Shown piece by piece: positions 40,914-54,800 of a DNA stretch of 64,000 bases (positions are counted from its first letter, which is position 1; the number at the start of each line of letters is the position of its first letter). The stretch spans positions 5,396,001-5,460,000 of the forward strand of contig NC_087251.1 in assembly GCF_037042905.1 (NCBI RefSeq), given 5' to 3'. The translations under genes and the position numbers were made by a program. The DNA comes from Lytechinus pictus (Eukaryota). The notes below the pieces were generated by a model. That model was not told the DNA's origin. It saw nothing but the letters and a program-made list of their open reading frames with translations, and searched no databases.

Positions 40914-41418
40914 CATAGGCGGATCCAGGGGGGGGCCGAGAGGCCCGCCCCCCCCCCCCCCCCCCCCTATTGGCGGAGCAACAAAATGAAAAAAAAGGGG
41001 AAAGAAATTTTAAAAAAAGAAGGGGAAAAAAAGGAGGAAAAAGAAGAGGTAAAATAAGAGGAGGGAGACGAGTGAAAAAAAAAGGTCAGGGGAAGTCTTG
41101 GAAAATGATAAAAAAATATATTTCATGTCACTATATTAAATTTTCCGCTGGCGCTTCGCGCTCGAATCAATTGTTTGGTATAAAAACAATTTGTAATAAA
41201 AATGTTGACATTTTTGCTCTCTCGCTCGCTCGCAACTTCATATTTATTTTTACGTGATACGCTGTATTGAGCCCCCTCAATTTTTTTTTACTCATTACTC
41301 TACTGGGACAACCCCTTCAAAGAAACAAATTAAAATCAACTTTGAGCGGCTGATCTGGGTAAATATGGGTGAAAAAAAATTGGGCCCCGCCTATTAACAA
41401 GAGCTGGATCCGCCCCTG
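40914..41418 (-). mobile_element. short B-family element, 5-bp TSD
   Basis: ccatc|cataggcggatccagggggg ... ctggatccgcccctg|ccatc. Ends homologous to element B in inverted orientation. Confidence 0.8.
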
Positions 41419-42168
41419 CCATCTGCAAATCTTTACGAAACCAAGAATTCGATCATAATTTGTATGTCACCGTAGCATAAGATCATTCGTTTTGGCAATC
41501 TTCTCAGTGGAGTAGTATACGGGGGGCCAGAGGGCACGTGCCCCTCCCTGAGATTTGGTTTGCCCCCCCCTGAAAAAACTTGACGGAGCAAAAAAAAGGG
41601 GGAGAAAAAAAGAAGAAAAAAAAGAAGGGGAAAGATAGAAGAAAAAAAAAGGAAAATGAGAGGAGGAAGAGGAGTGAATAATAAATTTATAAGGTGAAGG
41701 GAAGACTTTATTTTTATGTCACTATATTAAATTTTCGCTCACGCTTCCCGCTCGCATTGCCTTTTTGATGATATTCATATCTTGCTCAATATAGGCTGAT
41801 ATGGAGCTTAAAATATCAAGTTTTGAAGTCAATATACAAAACATATTTCATCTCGGATATCGAGCTTTCATTAATTTTTAATTTACAAATTGATTTTTTC
41901 AAGTGCTCTGTAAAATGTCCGTTTTATGGTCTAAATATTAATATTTTCAGCTCACGCTGCTCGGTCGCATTATTTGATTTGCATAGGCCTATACTTCTTT
42001 ATAAATTCTTACAAACCGTCCTTAAAATGCACCTTAAACGAATTGTATACTATTATGATCGCCAATTTGTATAGAAAAAACACTGTATTTGATTATGTCA
42101 TATTGTTTACAATTTAGTTATTTTGGTACTTAATTTCCTTCTTAATGTTTAATTGCTTTTACCCAAGA

Positions 42169-42249
42169 ATAATACACACAAAAACATCTTGTAATTTTAC
42201 AATTTAGGGCCTAAATGGTAAAATTACAAGGTGTTCTTGTGTGTATTAT
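42169..42249. repeat. ~80-bp near-perfect hairpin
   Basis: ataatacacacaaaaacatcttgtaattttacaatttagg-g-cctaaatggtaaaattacaaggtgttcttgtgtgtattat (3 mismatches). Confidence 0.85.
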
Positions 42250-42876
42250 CTTTGCATAAAGTTTTTTTTTTAGCTTACTGTATTAAGTTATAAAGCCACA
42301 TCTTAATCTGGAATGTGCACCAATTGTTTCATAATTCTTAGCTTCTTGTTACTTTTAGTTGAATTGTTTTAAAATAACAGGTTTATAGGTCCTACTTGAC
42401 AGTGTTAGTGTTGATAGTTGCGTTATCGACTTTCAATATTTATACTTATGAAGGTGTCCTTTTTACGTTTTATCCATTTGCCTGATTTCTTTCCTGAAAT
42501 TAAACCCAAATAAATAAATAAAAAAATCAGATCAGTGTGAATCAGAGATATTCAGCATTTGTGATTATTATGACTAATCGTGTTCAATTGAACTATGAAA
42601 ACTTAGTATGAGGGCCAGTTTACACATTTTCTGATGTATATATGCATAGCCAAACGGGAGGTTTCGGGTGCAAGCCCCCCCCCCCCCCCATTTTTCATGA
42701 TGCAGAAGGCGCCGCTAACCAAAAAAAAAAGGAAAAAATAAGAAAGTGAGAGAACTGGAGAAAGAGCAATAGAAAAGAGAAAGAAACAGTTATTGACGTA
42801 AGATAAAGTAGAAAATATGTCGAAAACCTGTGCCACCGACCAAATGTTACAATGGGTCCCGCTTAATTCTAACATT

Positions 42877-44095
42877 TGCCACCTTTCGCAATCCTCACGG
42901 ACGCTAATATTAGGGTCCCCTAACACAAAAGTTGACGCTTAATCATACACTTGATTTTTAAGACTGATTGTACATTATAGTCAATATAATCAAACTTAGA
43001 AAACTGCTCTACAATCAATGCTAAGATTTGTGTTACAGGGGGGTTACAGGCCCTACAGATCTGCTTTTCGTGTGTAAAATTCTTTCCCGCGACATTCGCA
43101 CCATACATGCATGTATTACGACTGATGGCTGGAATTATTCGAAATGCAGGACCTAAAATAGAATATGACATGGATAAGAAAGTGGTTTTTCAAACAAATC
43201 GAGTACATATTGAGTGAAGAAAAACTTACTGAATTAAGGCTTAGATATAGATCATTACAGTCCATCGAATCGATATTGCATTTCATGTGGATTATTGGTG
43301 GATGACTGGCAATTGATTCCATGGGTCAGATCACCTCTCCAGCCGAAACCATTTCGCATGCGTTGATATGTACACAGCGTATGCAATACGTTTAAACTTG
43401 CGGGTTTCTTTTGTTTCTTTTGTTTACTTCTTCTACACAAACGATACGCCTCTAGCACACGATGTAATGGGCATTATGTTTTACTTTCCCCAGAAATGGG
43501 GGATTAGATTCAAATTCCGGGGGGACCTCTTCCATTGATGAGTGGATACCAGGCACGACCATGGGGTTTCGAAAAGTACCCTAAACAAGGGAAGCAAGTC
43601 TTTTCCAGAATATGAAAATGCATCTTTTAACAAGTATTTGGCTTGTGAAACCCTACAAGTATTGGAAATATATCCCTTTTTTCAGTATTTTAATCATCAT
43701 TTTTTACACCTTTATAACGTTACATAGGCCTATACGTAACGTACTTACCCACTCTTTCCCTTTTTACGCGTGGTTGTGCCTGGTATCCACTCTTCAATGG
43801 AAGTGGCCCCCCCCCCCCCCGGGCGGCCTCTCGAGCTCTGGGAGGAACCAAATGTGGATTTGGAAAGTCGTCCTAAATCGGATATATCGCTGTTACCATA
43901 GTAGCAACCAGAATTTTGCACACGAAACGCAGATTGAGTGTTTCCGTTCCAGATGCGAAACGAAAAAAAATATCATGTCACACAATTTGCATTGCAGGAC
44001 AGAGTTTTACGACCATAACGACGGACCCAAAAGTCACTTCCAAAATCAACTAACGTCGTAAATACGCGTTCGCGTTCTTCCAACGAAAGGTCGGG
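42877..44095 (+). mobile_element. composite element 'C', copy 2 (ATT TSD)
   Basis: att|tgccacctttcg ... cgaaaggtcggg|att. Confidence 0.85.
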
Positions 44096-44119
44096 ATTGA
44101 TGCTGGAGAGAAGGGGGGG

Positions 44120-44417
44120 ATTTTCTGGGGGTAATTGTCCTCGGGGTTAATTGTCCAGGCGATTGTCAGGGGGTAATTGTTCCCGGTGTTAATTGTCCTC
44201 GGGGTTAATTGTCCAGGGGCGATTGTCTGGGGGTAATTGTCCTCGGGGGTAATTGTCCTCAGGGGGTAATTGTCCGGGGGGTAATTGTCCGGGGGTTAAT
44301 TGTCCTCCGGGGTAATTTTCCAGGGGGTATTGTCCGGGGGTAATTGTCCTTGGGGGGTAGCTGTCCGGGGGTAGCTGTCCGGGGGGTAATTGTCCGGGGG
44401 TTAATTGTCCTAGAACC
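44120..44417 (-). repeat. GGACAATTACCCCC minisatellite array (right arm, inverted)
   Basis: gggggtaattgtcc units ending ...aattgtcctagaacc. Confidence 0.92.
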
Positions 44418-45014
44418 AGTATATAGCATAAACAAATATATGTTTTATTATTATATTACGTATACTTTAATATTCTTTATTTTTTCTCACTATTATCCTC
44501 ACCATGGTGGAAATTATATGGCTATGTCAGGTAGCTCCATGCAATAAACACACCCTAAGACAAACTATTGATTGCGAATGCAAGCGAATGACCAGACGAA
44601 TAATTTGGCGAGTTCTGAGCTGCTCACTGTGACCTGCCACTCGCCACGCAACTCATTATATACACATTTCACCCAAAAGTCTCAGTTTCTTCAGTCAAAT
44701 GGAAGATGCAGCTTTTATTACACCCCGAGGGGCGCACACAAACGTGCAATAACTCCCGATCTATTTCCTCGTCTTCGTTTCTGATCGCACGCCATATCAA
44801 ACCATTGCTCACTTTTCGTTCGTCTTATTTGGTTATATCAACCCTTCGCTCGCCTTCGGCAGCAATTTACTCAAAGAGGTGATCTTATGATTTGACGGAA
44901 ATTTTATTTGAATTCGTTGAATTCGCGTGCATTTCGTGCATTTTTCCCATTCGTCAACCTTCGTCCGCCTACATTTGGTCAGGTGTGAGGGGGCTTTTTG
45001 TCCACGACAAATGT

Positions 45015-45250
45015 AATTTCGTCCAATGACCATGTCGTCTAATGCCGTTTGTTCCAATTTCATTTCGTCCAATAGCCAGTTTTGCCAAAAACCACTTCAT
45101 TCAATAGTAATTTGGTCTAATGTCGTTTATTCCAATATCCATTTTGTCCAATTGGGTCCAATACCCACTTGGTACAACTGACGGTTGGTCTAATACCTAC
45201 GTGGTTCTATGCCCAATTGGTCCAATTCCCACTTGGTCCAATTCCATTTG
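45015..45250 (+). repeat. degenerate ~20-bp periodic repeat (ttggtccaat/ttcgtctaat family)
   Basis: Same motif family as at 32365-32665 and 34770-35075. Confidence 0.6.
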
Positions 45251-47630
45251 GAATCGCGTGGTCATAATTTTTGTGCACGCCTCTCGGCTCTTGCCTCAAA
45301 TACACCCTTCCCAACACACACACCAACACACACACCCTCACACACATACCACATAATCATGTGAGCAAACAATATCACATATCACTTTTTTCTATCCCAC
45401 TCTTAAATCAAACTTATTTATCTCATTAGGAAAAAAATATTTGATTTGGCTGAGCCTGATATTAAAATGCAACAGTAATCGGTATGCCATGTTGCAATGG
45501 CTTTCATGGGTTATATCTTGCCATGCATGGTGTTTTGATACTTTGTTATACTCTTATCTGATGTACTAGTGTTATACCTGGCAAACAAATCAATCAGTCA
45601 GTAGCACCATCATATTTCAGTCATATAGAAGTATTTTTTATTATCATCATTACGGCCATCATCTAAATAGTGGCATTTCATCACAACACAGTTTGGTAGC
45701 AATAACATCATCATCATCGTCACATATATATCGGTGGATTAAATAAATCACGAATATCAAGATCAGAATGTATATTTCAAATTGAAATGTTTATTACGGA
45801 ATCAATTTTTAAATATGTGATAAAAATATTCCTATCCGTTTTTTTTTCGCGAAAGCATCACATTACATCAGCATTATACATAAAATGAATGCAAAAGAAA
45901 TTGCAAAGCTGTTACAAGGAAGGGGATTATTTTTTTTGTGTAAAATCTATAGAATTTTTTGTTTTAAGAACATTTTTTCTTGTCATAATGTCATATTTTT
46001 TTCACCTTCAGAGATATTGATAAGCCTTATAGTTATTATAAGGGGGCGTCAAGGATGTCAATCAAAAAAGATTAACGATATACCTCTCTCTCAAAGTCGG
46101 TTACTTAAATATCAAATCATTTTTTTCAGCATTTGCTGACAATAAATAGTATGCTAATATAACCGGGGACACTTCACAACAAAGGGTGAGTGAGCACATT
46201 GTCACATTTCGCTAGAGTGCCTTCATAAATCTGCCTATTAGTAAATCAGTAACAAGTTTGCATATTGTCTATTGTTGTGAAGTGCTGCTAGAGCTGTGTT
46301 CTATTTCCAACTATTTCTTCTTATTATAATTTACAGAGCTAATTTAGTTCATAATACGGGACATGGGCAAAAGAGTGTTACAAGAACAAAATGAGATTGA
46401 AAACGAAAACTTTTCACTTCCCTCAAAATTAAATTTGACATCTCAATGTCCAGCTCTACAGGTCCTTGTTTCATAAAGACTTCAATTATGGTAAATTTGC
46501 CCTAATTGTAACTAGCAATTAGCATGGGAACCTCAACCACAACCTAAATAAGACTAAGTAAAGTTAACTTGAATCTATACCTAGATAAAAAGTCAAACTA
46601 GTAGACAGATCTAAAATCTTATTTTTAGAAATCTAGATCTAGAACTATCCTATTGCCTAAAAATAAATAAATAAATTAATAAAATTCTGTCTCAAATCAT
46701 TCCATAGCAATTAGATCTATATAGGCCTAGATCTAAATGTTACTAGATGATACTAGATCTACTGATTAGATTTAGAGGTTTAGATCTAACGTTAGATCTA
46801 TCTGATAAATTATTCCGTATTGAATAACGTAAGGGCTTAGATCTAGTTACTTTAAGTTTTTTTTTAATGCAGATAATTTTAGTGATCGATATGAAGATGA
46901 AATAGCGGTGTCCAAAAATCAGTAGCCTAGGCTCAGGCTATCCAGCTTGTTTGACACTAATTCCCAACGGCAACACCCAATTTCGCAGCTGGCTTGCATT
47001 GGCGGTATAAAGGACGAATCCCGCTCTGACTGACTTTGGCCCAAAAATTTGATGCAGCTTTGTCGTTACTAATGTGATACTACTTAACAAGTCCACATCT
47101 ACCCCTGATATTTGACTATAAAACTGAAATAGGGTCTACAGATTTAATGAGGACGTACATAAAACATTAAAATTTACCAATTTAGGTATATACGAAAAGC
47201 TGTATTATTTTTGAGAAAATATGCCAGTCAGATCTGGAATTTTTTATCGATCTAAAGTTGCTCTGTTTTTTTTGTCCCCCCCCCCATTTGTTTCCCCCTT
47301 GTTTTGTATGGTACTCTGTTTAGATATTTTTTTCATGTATACTCTATTGTGTATTTATTGTTTATGTCACGGTGCACTCATCACAAGCTGTGCTTTCTAA
47401 GTTGCTGCCTCTATTGTTTTGTTCACGTTCTTAAAATGTATTTACGCTTTTATCGTTGGAAACAAATGTACTTTCATTTCTTCAGATTTATTCGAGATCA
47501 GGAAAAAAATTGGAAATATAGAAATCGAGGTTTACGTCGAAAACTACACATAAGACCCTGACTGCGACGCCGAACCCTAGCAAACATAAATTGAAAGTGA
47601 GATCAAAGCACGAAATTGAACTTTACTTAC

Positions 47631-47903
47631 TTTTATTGTATGGAATGCCATTAATTTGATGTCGATGTTCCCTCAAAGATTCTCTGCTCAATTGAAGATC
47701 ACTTAGAAATAATGATTTCGAACACTAATCCTATAAACTGATAATTTGTCTTGCTATTTTATCTCAGAAAGTTAAAAAAGAACGACACTCTACAGAGATA
47801 TCGTAGAGCATTGTGGGACGGAAAAAATGTTTAATGCATGAGGATATGAATAAAACAGCGCTTTAGCCAATCATACAAGTGTATTATGCGTATTTTGACG
47901 TCA
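47631..47903 (-). promoter_or_regulatory. promoter-like cluster with possible first exon
   Basis: CRE tgacgtca (47896-47903), CCAAT box agccaatca (47865), ZNF143/SBS-like gcattgtggga (47808), minus-strand donor GTAAGT at 47625-47630. Confidence 0.4.
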
Positions 47904-47917
47904 ATAAATTAAACATT

Positions 47918-49175
47918 CCCGACCTTTCGCTGGAGAACGCGAGCGCTTATTTACGACGTTAGTTGATTTTGGAAGAGACTTTTGGGCCCGTCGTCATGGT
48001 CGTAAAACTCTGTCCTGCAATGCAAATTGTGTGACATGAGATTTTTTTTTCGTTTCGCATCTGGAACGGAAACATTCAATCTGCGTTTCGTGTGCAAAAT
48101 TCTGGTTGCTACTATGGTAACAGCGATATATTCGATTTAGGACGACTTTCCAGAGCCACATTTGGTTCCTCCCAGAGCTCGAGAGGCCGCCCAGGGGGCC
48201 CACTTCCATTGAAGAGTGGATACCAGGCGCGACCACGCGTAAACAGGGAAAGAGTGGGCAAGTACGTTACGTATAGGCCTATGTAACGTTATAAGGGTGT
48301 CAAAAACGATGTTTAAAAATACTGAAAAGGGGGATATAATACTTCTAGGGTTTCACAAGCTAAATATTTGTTAAGGAATGCATTTTCATAATCTGGAAAA
48401 GACTTGCTTCCCTTGTTTAGGGTGCTTTTCGAAACCACATGGTCGCGCCTGGTATCCACTTATCAATGGAAGTGGTTCCCCCGGGACTTTGAATCTAATC
48501 CCCCATTTCTGGGGAAAGTAAAACATAATGCCCATTACATTGTGTGCTATAGAGGCATGTCGTTTGTGTAGGAGTAAGCAAAAGAAAAAAAACCCGCAAG
48601 GCCTATTGCATACATTGTATGCCGTGAACATATCAACGCATGCGAAATGGTTGCGGCTGAGAGGTGATCTGACCCATGGAATCAATTGCCAGTGATCCAC
48701 CAATAATCCACATTAAATGCAATATCGATTCGATGGACTGTAATGATCTATATCTAAGCCTTAATTCAGTAAGTTTTTCCTCACTCAATATGTACTCGAT
48801 TTGTTTGAAAAACCACTTTCTTATACATGTCATAATCTATTGTAGGCCCTGCATTTCGAATATCTCCAGCCAGCTGTCATAGTAGAGTCTCGCCGCCGGC
48901 TCAGGGGGCATATACGATGATGACCATCAGTCGTACATGCATGAAAGCAGGATTTAATATGGTGAGGGTGTCGCGTGAAAGAATTTTGCACACGAAAAGC
49001 AGATCTATAGGGCCTGTAACACAAAGCTTAGCAATGATTGTAGAGCGGTTTTCTACGTTCGATTCTATTGATAATAATGTACAATCAATCTTAAAAATCA
49101 AGTGTATGATTAATCGTTAACTTTTGTGTTCGGGGACCCTAATGTTACCGTCCCTGAGGTTTGCGAAAGGTGGCT
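47918..49175 (-). mobile_element. composite element 'C', copy 3 (inverted, ATT TSD)
   Basis: att|cccgacctttcg ... cgaaaggtggct|att. Confidence 0.87.
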
Positions 49176-49449
49176 ATTGACCTTCCAAAAGCAACCTTCA
49201 AATTTGCCACCGGCAGCCATGTTGACTATGTACAAAACCTAAGGAAAATGAAAACGCGCGGAAAGAGTTCCCTCACTGGCTTCCGTATACGTAAGATCGT
49301 ATCTCGTGGAGGCAAATTAACAACACGCCCCCAAGCGGCTGAAATCAAATTTATTATGAGTTTTGAATGAGCAAAAACACAACAACAATTATTATCAAAG
49401 ATGAATAAATTGTTTTTAAAAATGAAGCCTATTCATGACAGGACTTATA

Positions 49450-50690
49450 TGGGACGTATCCAGCTTTCTCCAAACGGGGGGGGGGGGGGGGGGCGGAAAA
49501 TGTTTCATACAAAGAACTTTTTTTCGTTTTTAAGGGGTCGTCATAAGTTTTAAGTTTATCTTGATGATTCTTACAAACAACAAGATAAGAACCTAATTAT
49601 GCGAGAACAACAGAGCCCTACATGGGAACGATTTTTTTAACAGGGGTACCAGATGCCGGTTTTCACCACAAAATAGGTGATTTCGGTTACATTTCTGCTC
49701 TTTGGTGTACCTGTTAGATTTCCAATGGTGTTGCCTATGGTGAATAACACACGCAGCACCCCCGCTTTCTAGGACCATGAGCGCGAAGCGTGCAAAACTG
49801 AACAGTTTAACTGATAAAACCCGCGGAATGCGGGCTGAAATTTTGTGGGATTTAGACCTTAAACGGGATATATTCCGAACACCTTTTGTCATAATCAACA
49901 CTGAAAAATTAGTATTGCGAATGCAAAGTGGTAGAAATATTATTGTCTACTGTCCTGAAAAAGAACATTACACGGACTTTTTATGGGAATTCCAAAAATA
50001 TTATTAGTGCTCATTCATTATCTCCTCAATATCAATGTTCCTTACCCCTTTATTTAAAAACCCTATATATCTACCCTCTCTAGTTAAATAAAAATACAAA
50101 TTATGTTCGGCAAATGTTATACTGTCAATGGTTCTTTTTTCAACTTTTTTAATGATTCCGACTTTGTATGCCTTTTTTAATTCTAACATGTAAATATGCT
50201 GTAGTGTATTTACAATCATTACTTGTTTTGTTTTCGTGCTTTGGGGGCCCTTTTAATATCAGCTTTTGCTGAAAGGGCATCCTACTAAGATATTGTTCAA
50301 ATTAATAAATACAAATTCATGAAGAGAATACGTATCGTGCATAATGCAAGCGCGAGCTGATGTTTTTAATATATATTCATCACTTTTTTTAAGGATGCGA
50401 ATTCTGCTGAAACAAAAAAGAAATAATGAAAAGTCGAATTGCGAACGAAATAATTTAATATTCTCTTGATCAGATTATATCTCACTCAAGCCAACGAGAG
50501 CGCGAGCGAAATTTGTATCATAATGACTTTATTTTTGTTTTCCCCAATTATTCCCCTTAACTTGTTTCATTAACTTTTCTTCCTTCTCTTACTTTTTTTT
50601 ATTTGCTTCTTTTCTCCTCTTTTATTCCTTTTTCTTCCGTTTTTGCGCCGGCAATAGGAGGGCCGCGGCCACTTCGGCCCCCGGATCCTC
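49450..50690 (+). mobile_element. degraded relative of element B
   Basis: Starts gggacgtatccagc...ggggggg, has scattered gcgcgaagcg/gcgcgagc modules, and ends in a CT-rich stretch then ggcccccggatcc. Confidence 0.5.
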
Positions 50691-51876
50691 CCATGCTAAA
50701 GGCTTGGTCACAGCCCGTCGTGCATGTCTTTGCACGCACGTGCATCGCAGCCTGCAATCCAGTTTGAGTTGTTGTTGGGTTTTTTTTGCAACTAATATCT
50801 ATTGTTGCCATGGTAATATCCAGCTTTAAATCTGTCAGCTTCTTCTCTTTGGCGGCTTTCTATCATTAATTTTGAATTTGAGAATTCTTGAATCAAACGT
50901 ACAGCGCCGCACATGCAAGGCACAATCAACGTGCGACCGACTTGATACTTGTCATGCTTCCACCACGATTATCAGATGACCTTAGTTATGAACGTGCGTT
51001 TAAGGTCAACGCACACCGTACATATAGGTGAGCGGCCAGAAGCCAAAAAGTGCCTTATTTCTTGACTTTAATCCCCCCGGCTGGATCAAAGCAAAATCAT
51101 ACATCAAATTAAAGGAAATTTTCTGAATTTTTCGGAATTGGGCATTAAAAATGCCGTAATGTGTAGCATCACCATGGAAACCAGCCTTGAATAAGCCACG
51201 CCCATTTTAAATACTTATTGAATATTTCTTGTGAATATTGATTTTTTACTCATTAATTTGAATTAACAGGTATTTTTTCTTATTTTCAAAGGATAGATCC
51301 ACTATATATTGTAAGAAGAATTACTGAAAAACAACTTAGCATGAATTTTATGAACATTTTCTCAGAAACTGTTGCCTAGCAACAAAAATTTCCTTAGCAA
51401 CCATTTAGCTCCTTAAGTAAACCACTTATTTTTCCATATCAAACCTAACTTTTAACTTTTTAACTAGGTTAGATTAAACCAAATAAATTACACCAATTAA
51501 ATTCTATAAAGTATTATTGAAACATAATAAAAAGAACTGAAAACCCCCATTTTAACCATTGCGAACCTCAAATAAATTTGCTAAGCTCTAACTGACATAC
51601 CCCTTCACATCGTACAAATCGCCATATTATTTTTTTTTTCAATTTGTTTCCCCTCCACAGGGATTTTATTATTATTCAAAACATAACAAGATATCTTTTC
51701 AATGACAAATCAAATTAATAACAACGAAATACAATACAACAGTAATTGTAACAAATATATAAATTGAACTGTCAGGTTTACATAATAGTAAACAATTTAA
51801 GGAACAAGCAAGGAGTAAATGAACAATAATATTCATATGTATCATTGTACATGGAAAGGGAACTGAACAGATCACT

Positions 51877-54800
51877 TCATGTAAACATGGCACGTAATTG
51901 AAACCATTTCTTTGTAAACTTTACCATTTTACAATTTGACTCTGCGATATATTTTTCATTCTTGAAATAATTCTGAAGTGCAAATTTGATATTATCAAAA
52001 ACAGGTAATTGATGTTTTACTCTGGAAGTATAGATCATCTGTCGTATCACTATCAATAAACAATTTAATGCATAATTACTTGAACCTCTTAAACCAAATA
52101 ATTTTTCTTTATTAGAGAAAAAAATTCTATTTCCAGTTTTAAGAAATATCCATTGTTCAAACCTGTCCCATATATGTTTAATACATGTACATTCACAAAG
52201 TAGATGAGTAACTGTTTCACGGTGTACATTACAAAAAGTACATTCTTTTTGTTGAGCTAAATTAATTTTAAACAATATTTCATTTGTATATAAGATATGT
52301 TGCATTATTTTGAACTGAAACCAACGTAAATTCACATCGGTAGTACAACTGAATCCAATAGAGCAATACGATTGCCATTGCTTGTCATTCATATCGAATA
52401 TACACTTCCACTTAAGGAAACTTTTACATTCCACCTTTCTTTTCTTTTTAAGAATCGTATAGATGTGTGAACAACCTTTATTATATTTCATAACAAGTGC
52501 TATTGTATCAGGGATAATAGGTTCTTGGAACTTGCTAAAGTGTGTGCCATTGCTAAAACCGTCTCTTATAGCATCACATAATCCACGGTAAAAAATAAAA
52601 TTTATTTGAACATTGTATTTTTCCTTAAGGTCATTCAAAGAGAGGAAATTGCCATGTATATCTAAAATATCATTAACAAAACGAACACCCCTATTATTTA
52701 GAGATCTACTGTGAATTGAGCTATTACCTATTTTGATAAAATCATTGTTCCATAAGGGTTGGCAAGGTATATCATTACAGTGCATAGATAACAGTGTGCT
52801 ATACGCTAAGAACATTTCTTTCCAAAAAGGATTTTTAATTTCGTGTGCCAGTCTAAAAAAATAGCTATTTCCCATATAAAGATCCAAGTTTTGCGTTTTA
52901 TGCAAAAAAGACTGAAGAAGACAAATAATATTACCGTCAATGGAACCGTTTATCATTTTTTTCATCCAAGAAATTTTCAATGACTGGCAATGCAGATTTA
53001 TGTCTATCATTTTTACTCCACCTTCAGAATAACTCTGAGACATTTGATTTCTACTTACTTTATCTGGTTTCTCTCCCCATATGAATCTATGAAATTGGGA
53101 ATTTACATCTTTTAGAAATAACTCACTTGGATTCGGGAGAGAAAGAATTAAGTAGTTCAATTTAGACACAAACAATGACTTGACAACCGTAACTCTTCCA
53201 AGGACCGTCAGGTAACGTCTTAACCATGAAGTCATTTGACTTTTGATCTCTTTAAACTTTTCATTGTAATTATGCAATGTCATTTTCTGAAGATCTGTAC
53301 AAAAATCTATACCTAAATATCTGAAGTATTCATCAAATACCCAATTCAAATTCCTATTGACAAGAATACAGTCTTTCTTGTTCTTATATCCTCCAATCCA
53401 TATTGCATGTGTCTTGGTTATATTAACAGTCAAACCTGATATTGTTTTATATTTTTCCAAGATGTCAAAAGCACTACTCAATTCTCTTTCTGAACCGTTT
53501 AATGTCAGAAGAGTGTCATCTGCATACTGTAATATTTTATGACATTTACCAGAGGGCATCCTCAAACCATCTATTGACGTTGATTGTCGAAACAAAACGC
53601 CAAGTATTTCAGCACATAATAAAAAAATATATGGAGACAATGGATCTCCTTGGCGACAGCCCCGCTCTATTGAAAATCTGGGAGACAGGTGTCCATTGAT
53701 TAAAACACAAGATTGAGCATTTTCATAAAACACATCAAACCATTTAACAATGGTCGGACCAAATTTAAAGAAGTGTAGTACATTGCGAATAAAGTCATGA
53801 GAAATTGAATCGAATGCCTTCTCAAAATCTATAATTAACAATAAACCGGGAATATCGTTTAATTCAGTATATAATAATATATCATATAACAAGCGGATGT
53901 TTTCTCCGATAAAGCGTCCGGACATAAACCCTTTCTGATTCTCATGAATAAGAAGAGGGAGTACATTCTTCAATCTATTAGCTATACAAGTAGATCCTAT
54001 TTTGTATACAACATTTAATAATGATATGGGTCTCCAATTTTTTAAATAGTGTCTATCTTTACTTCCTTTGGGGATTAAAGTAATAACTCCTAACTTCTGT
54101 ATGTAAGGCATACCAGATAAAAATGAAGAGTTTAAATATCTAACTAAAAATATATGGATTTCCTTCCAAAAATGTTTAAAAAATTCAACAGTGAATCCAT
54201 CTAGACCAGGAGATTTATTGTTTTTCATATTTGTTAGGGCATAATAAACCTCGTCGGTGGAGAGCTCTCCTTCTAAATTCCGTGACATAGCATTTGTTAA
54301 TTTATTTAGTTCATCTTTGTTTATCATTGCATTTAAATCAATATTCATAACAGGGTGCCTTTCATATAGTTGTGAATAAAAAGAAACAATTTCTGATGTA
54401 ATATCCTCATGTGTTGTTACTTCCTTATTTTCATTGGTAATCAATTTGCATATTCTTTTATTAACAACATTTTTCTTTTCTAAATTTAAAAAATATTTGG
54501 ATGGTTTCTCTCCGAACTCCATCCATTTAGTTCTGGATCTCATCTTTATTTCTTCATTATTTTCTTTTCTCAATGACTCCAACTGAGCTTTCTTCTCATT
54601 CAGAACAGTTAATTCCCTTTCTATATTTGTATTTAAAACCAAATTCTTTTCTAAATTTACAATTTCTTTCTCTAAATCATTTTCTAGATTAACGGTTTTT
54701 TTCTTTTTTGCAGCAGCATATGAAATTGTTTCACCTCTAACAACTGTTAACAGCGTATCAAAAAACAGCTGATCGCTTACATTAAACTCATACCAAGGAT

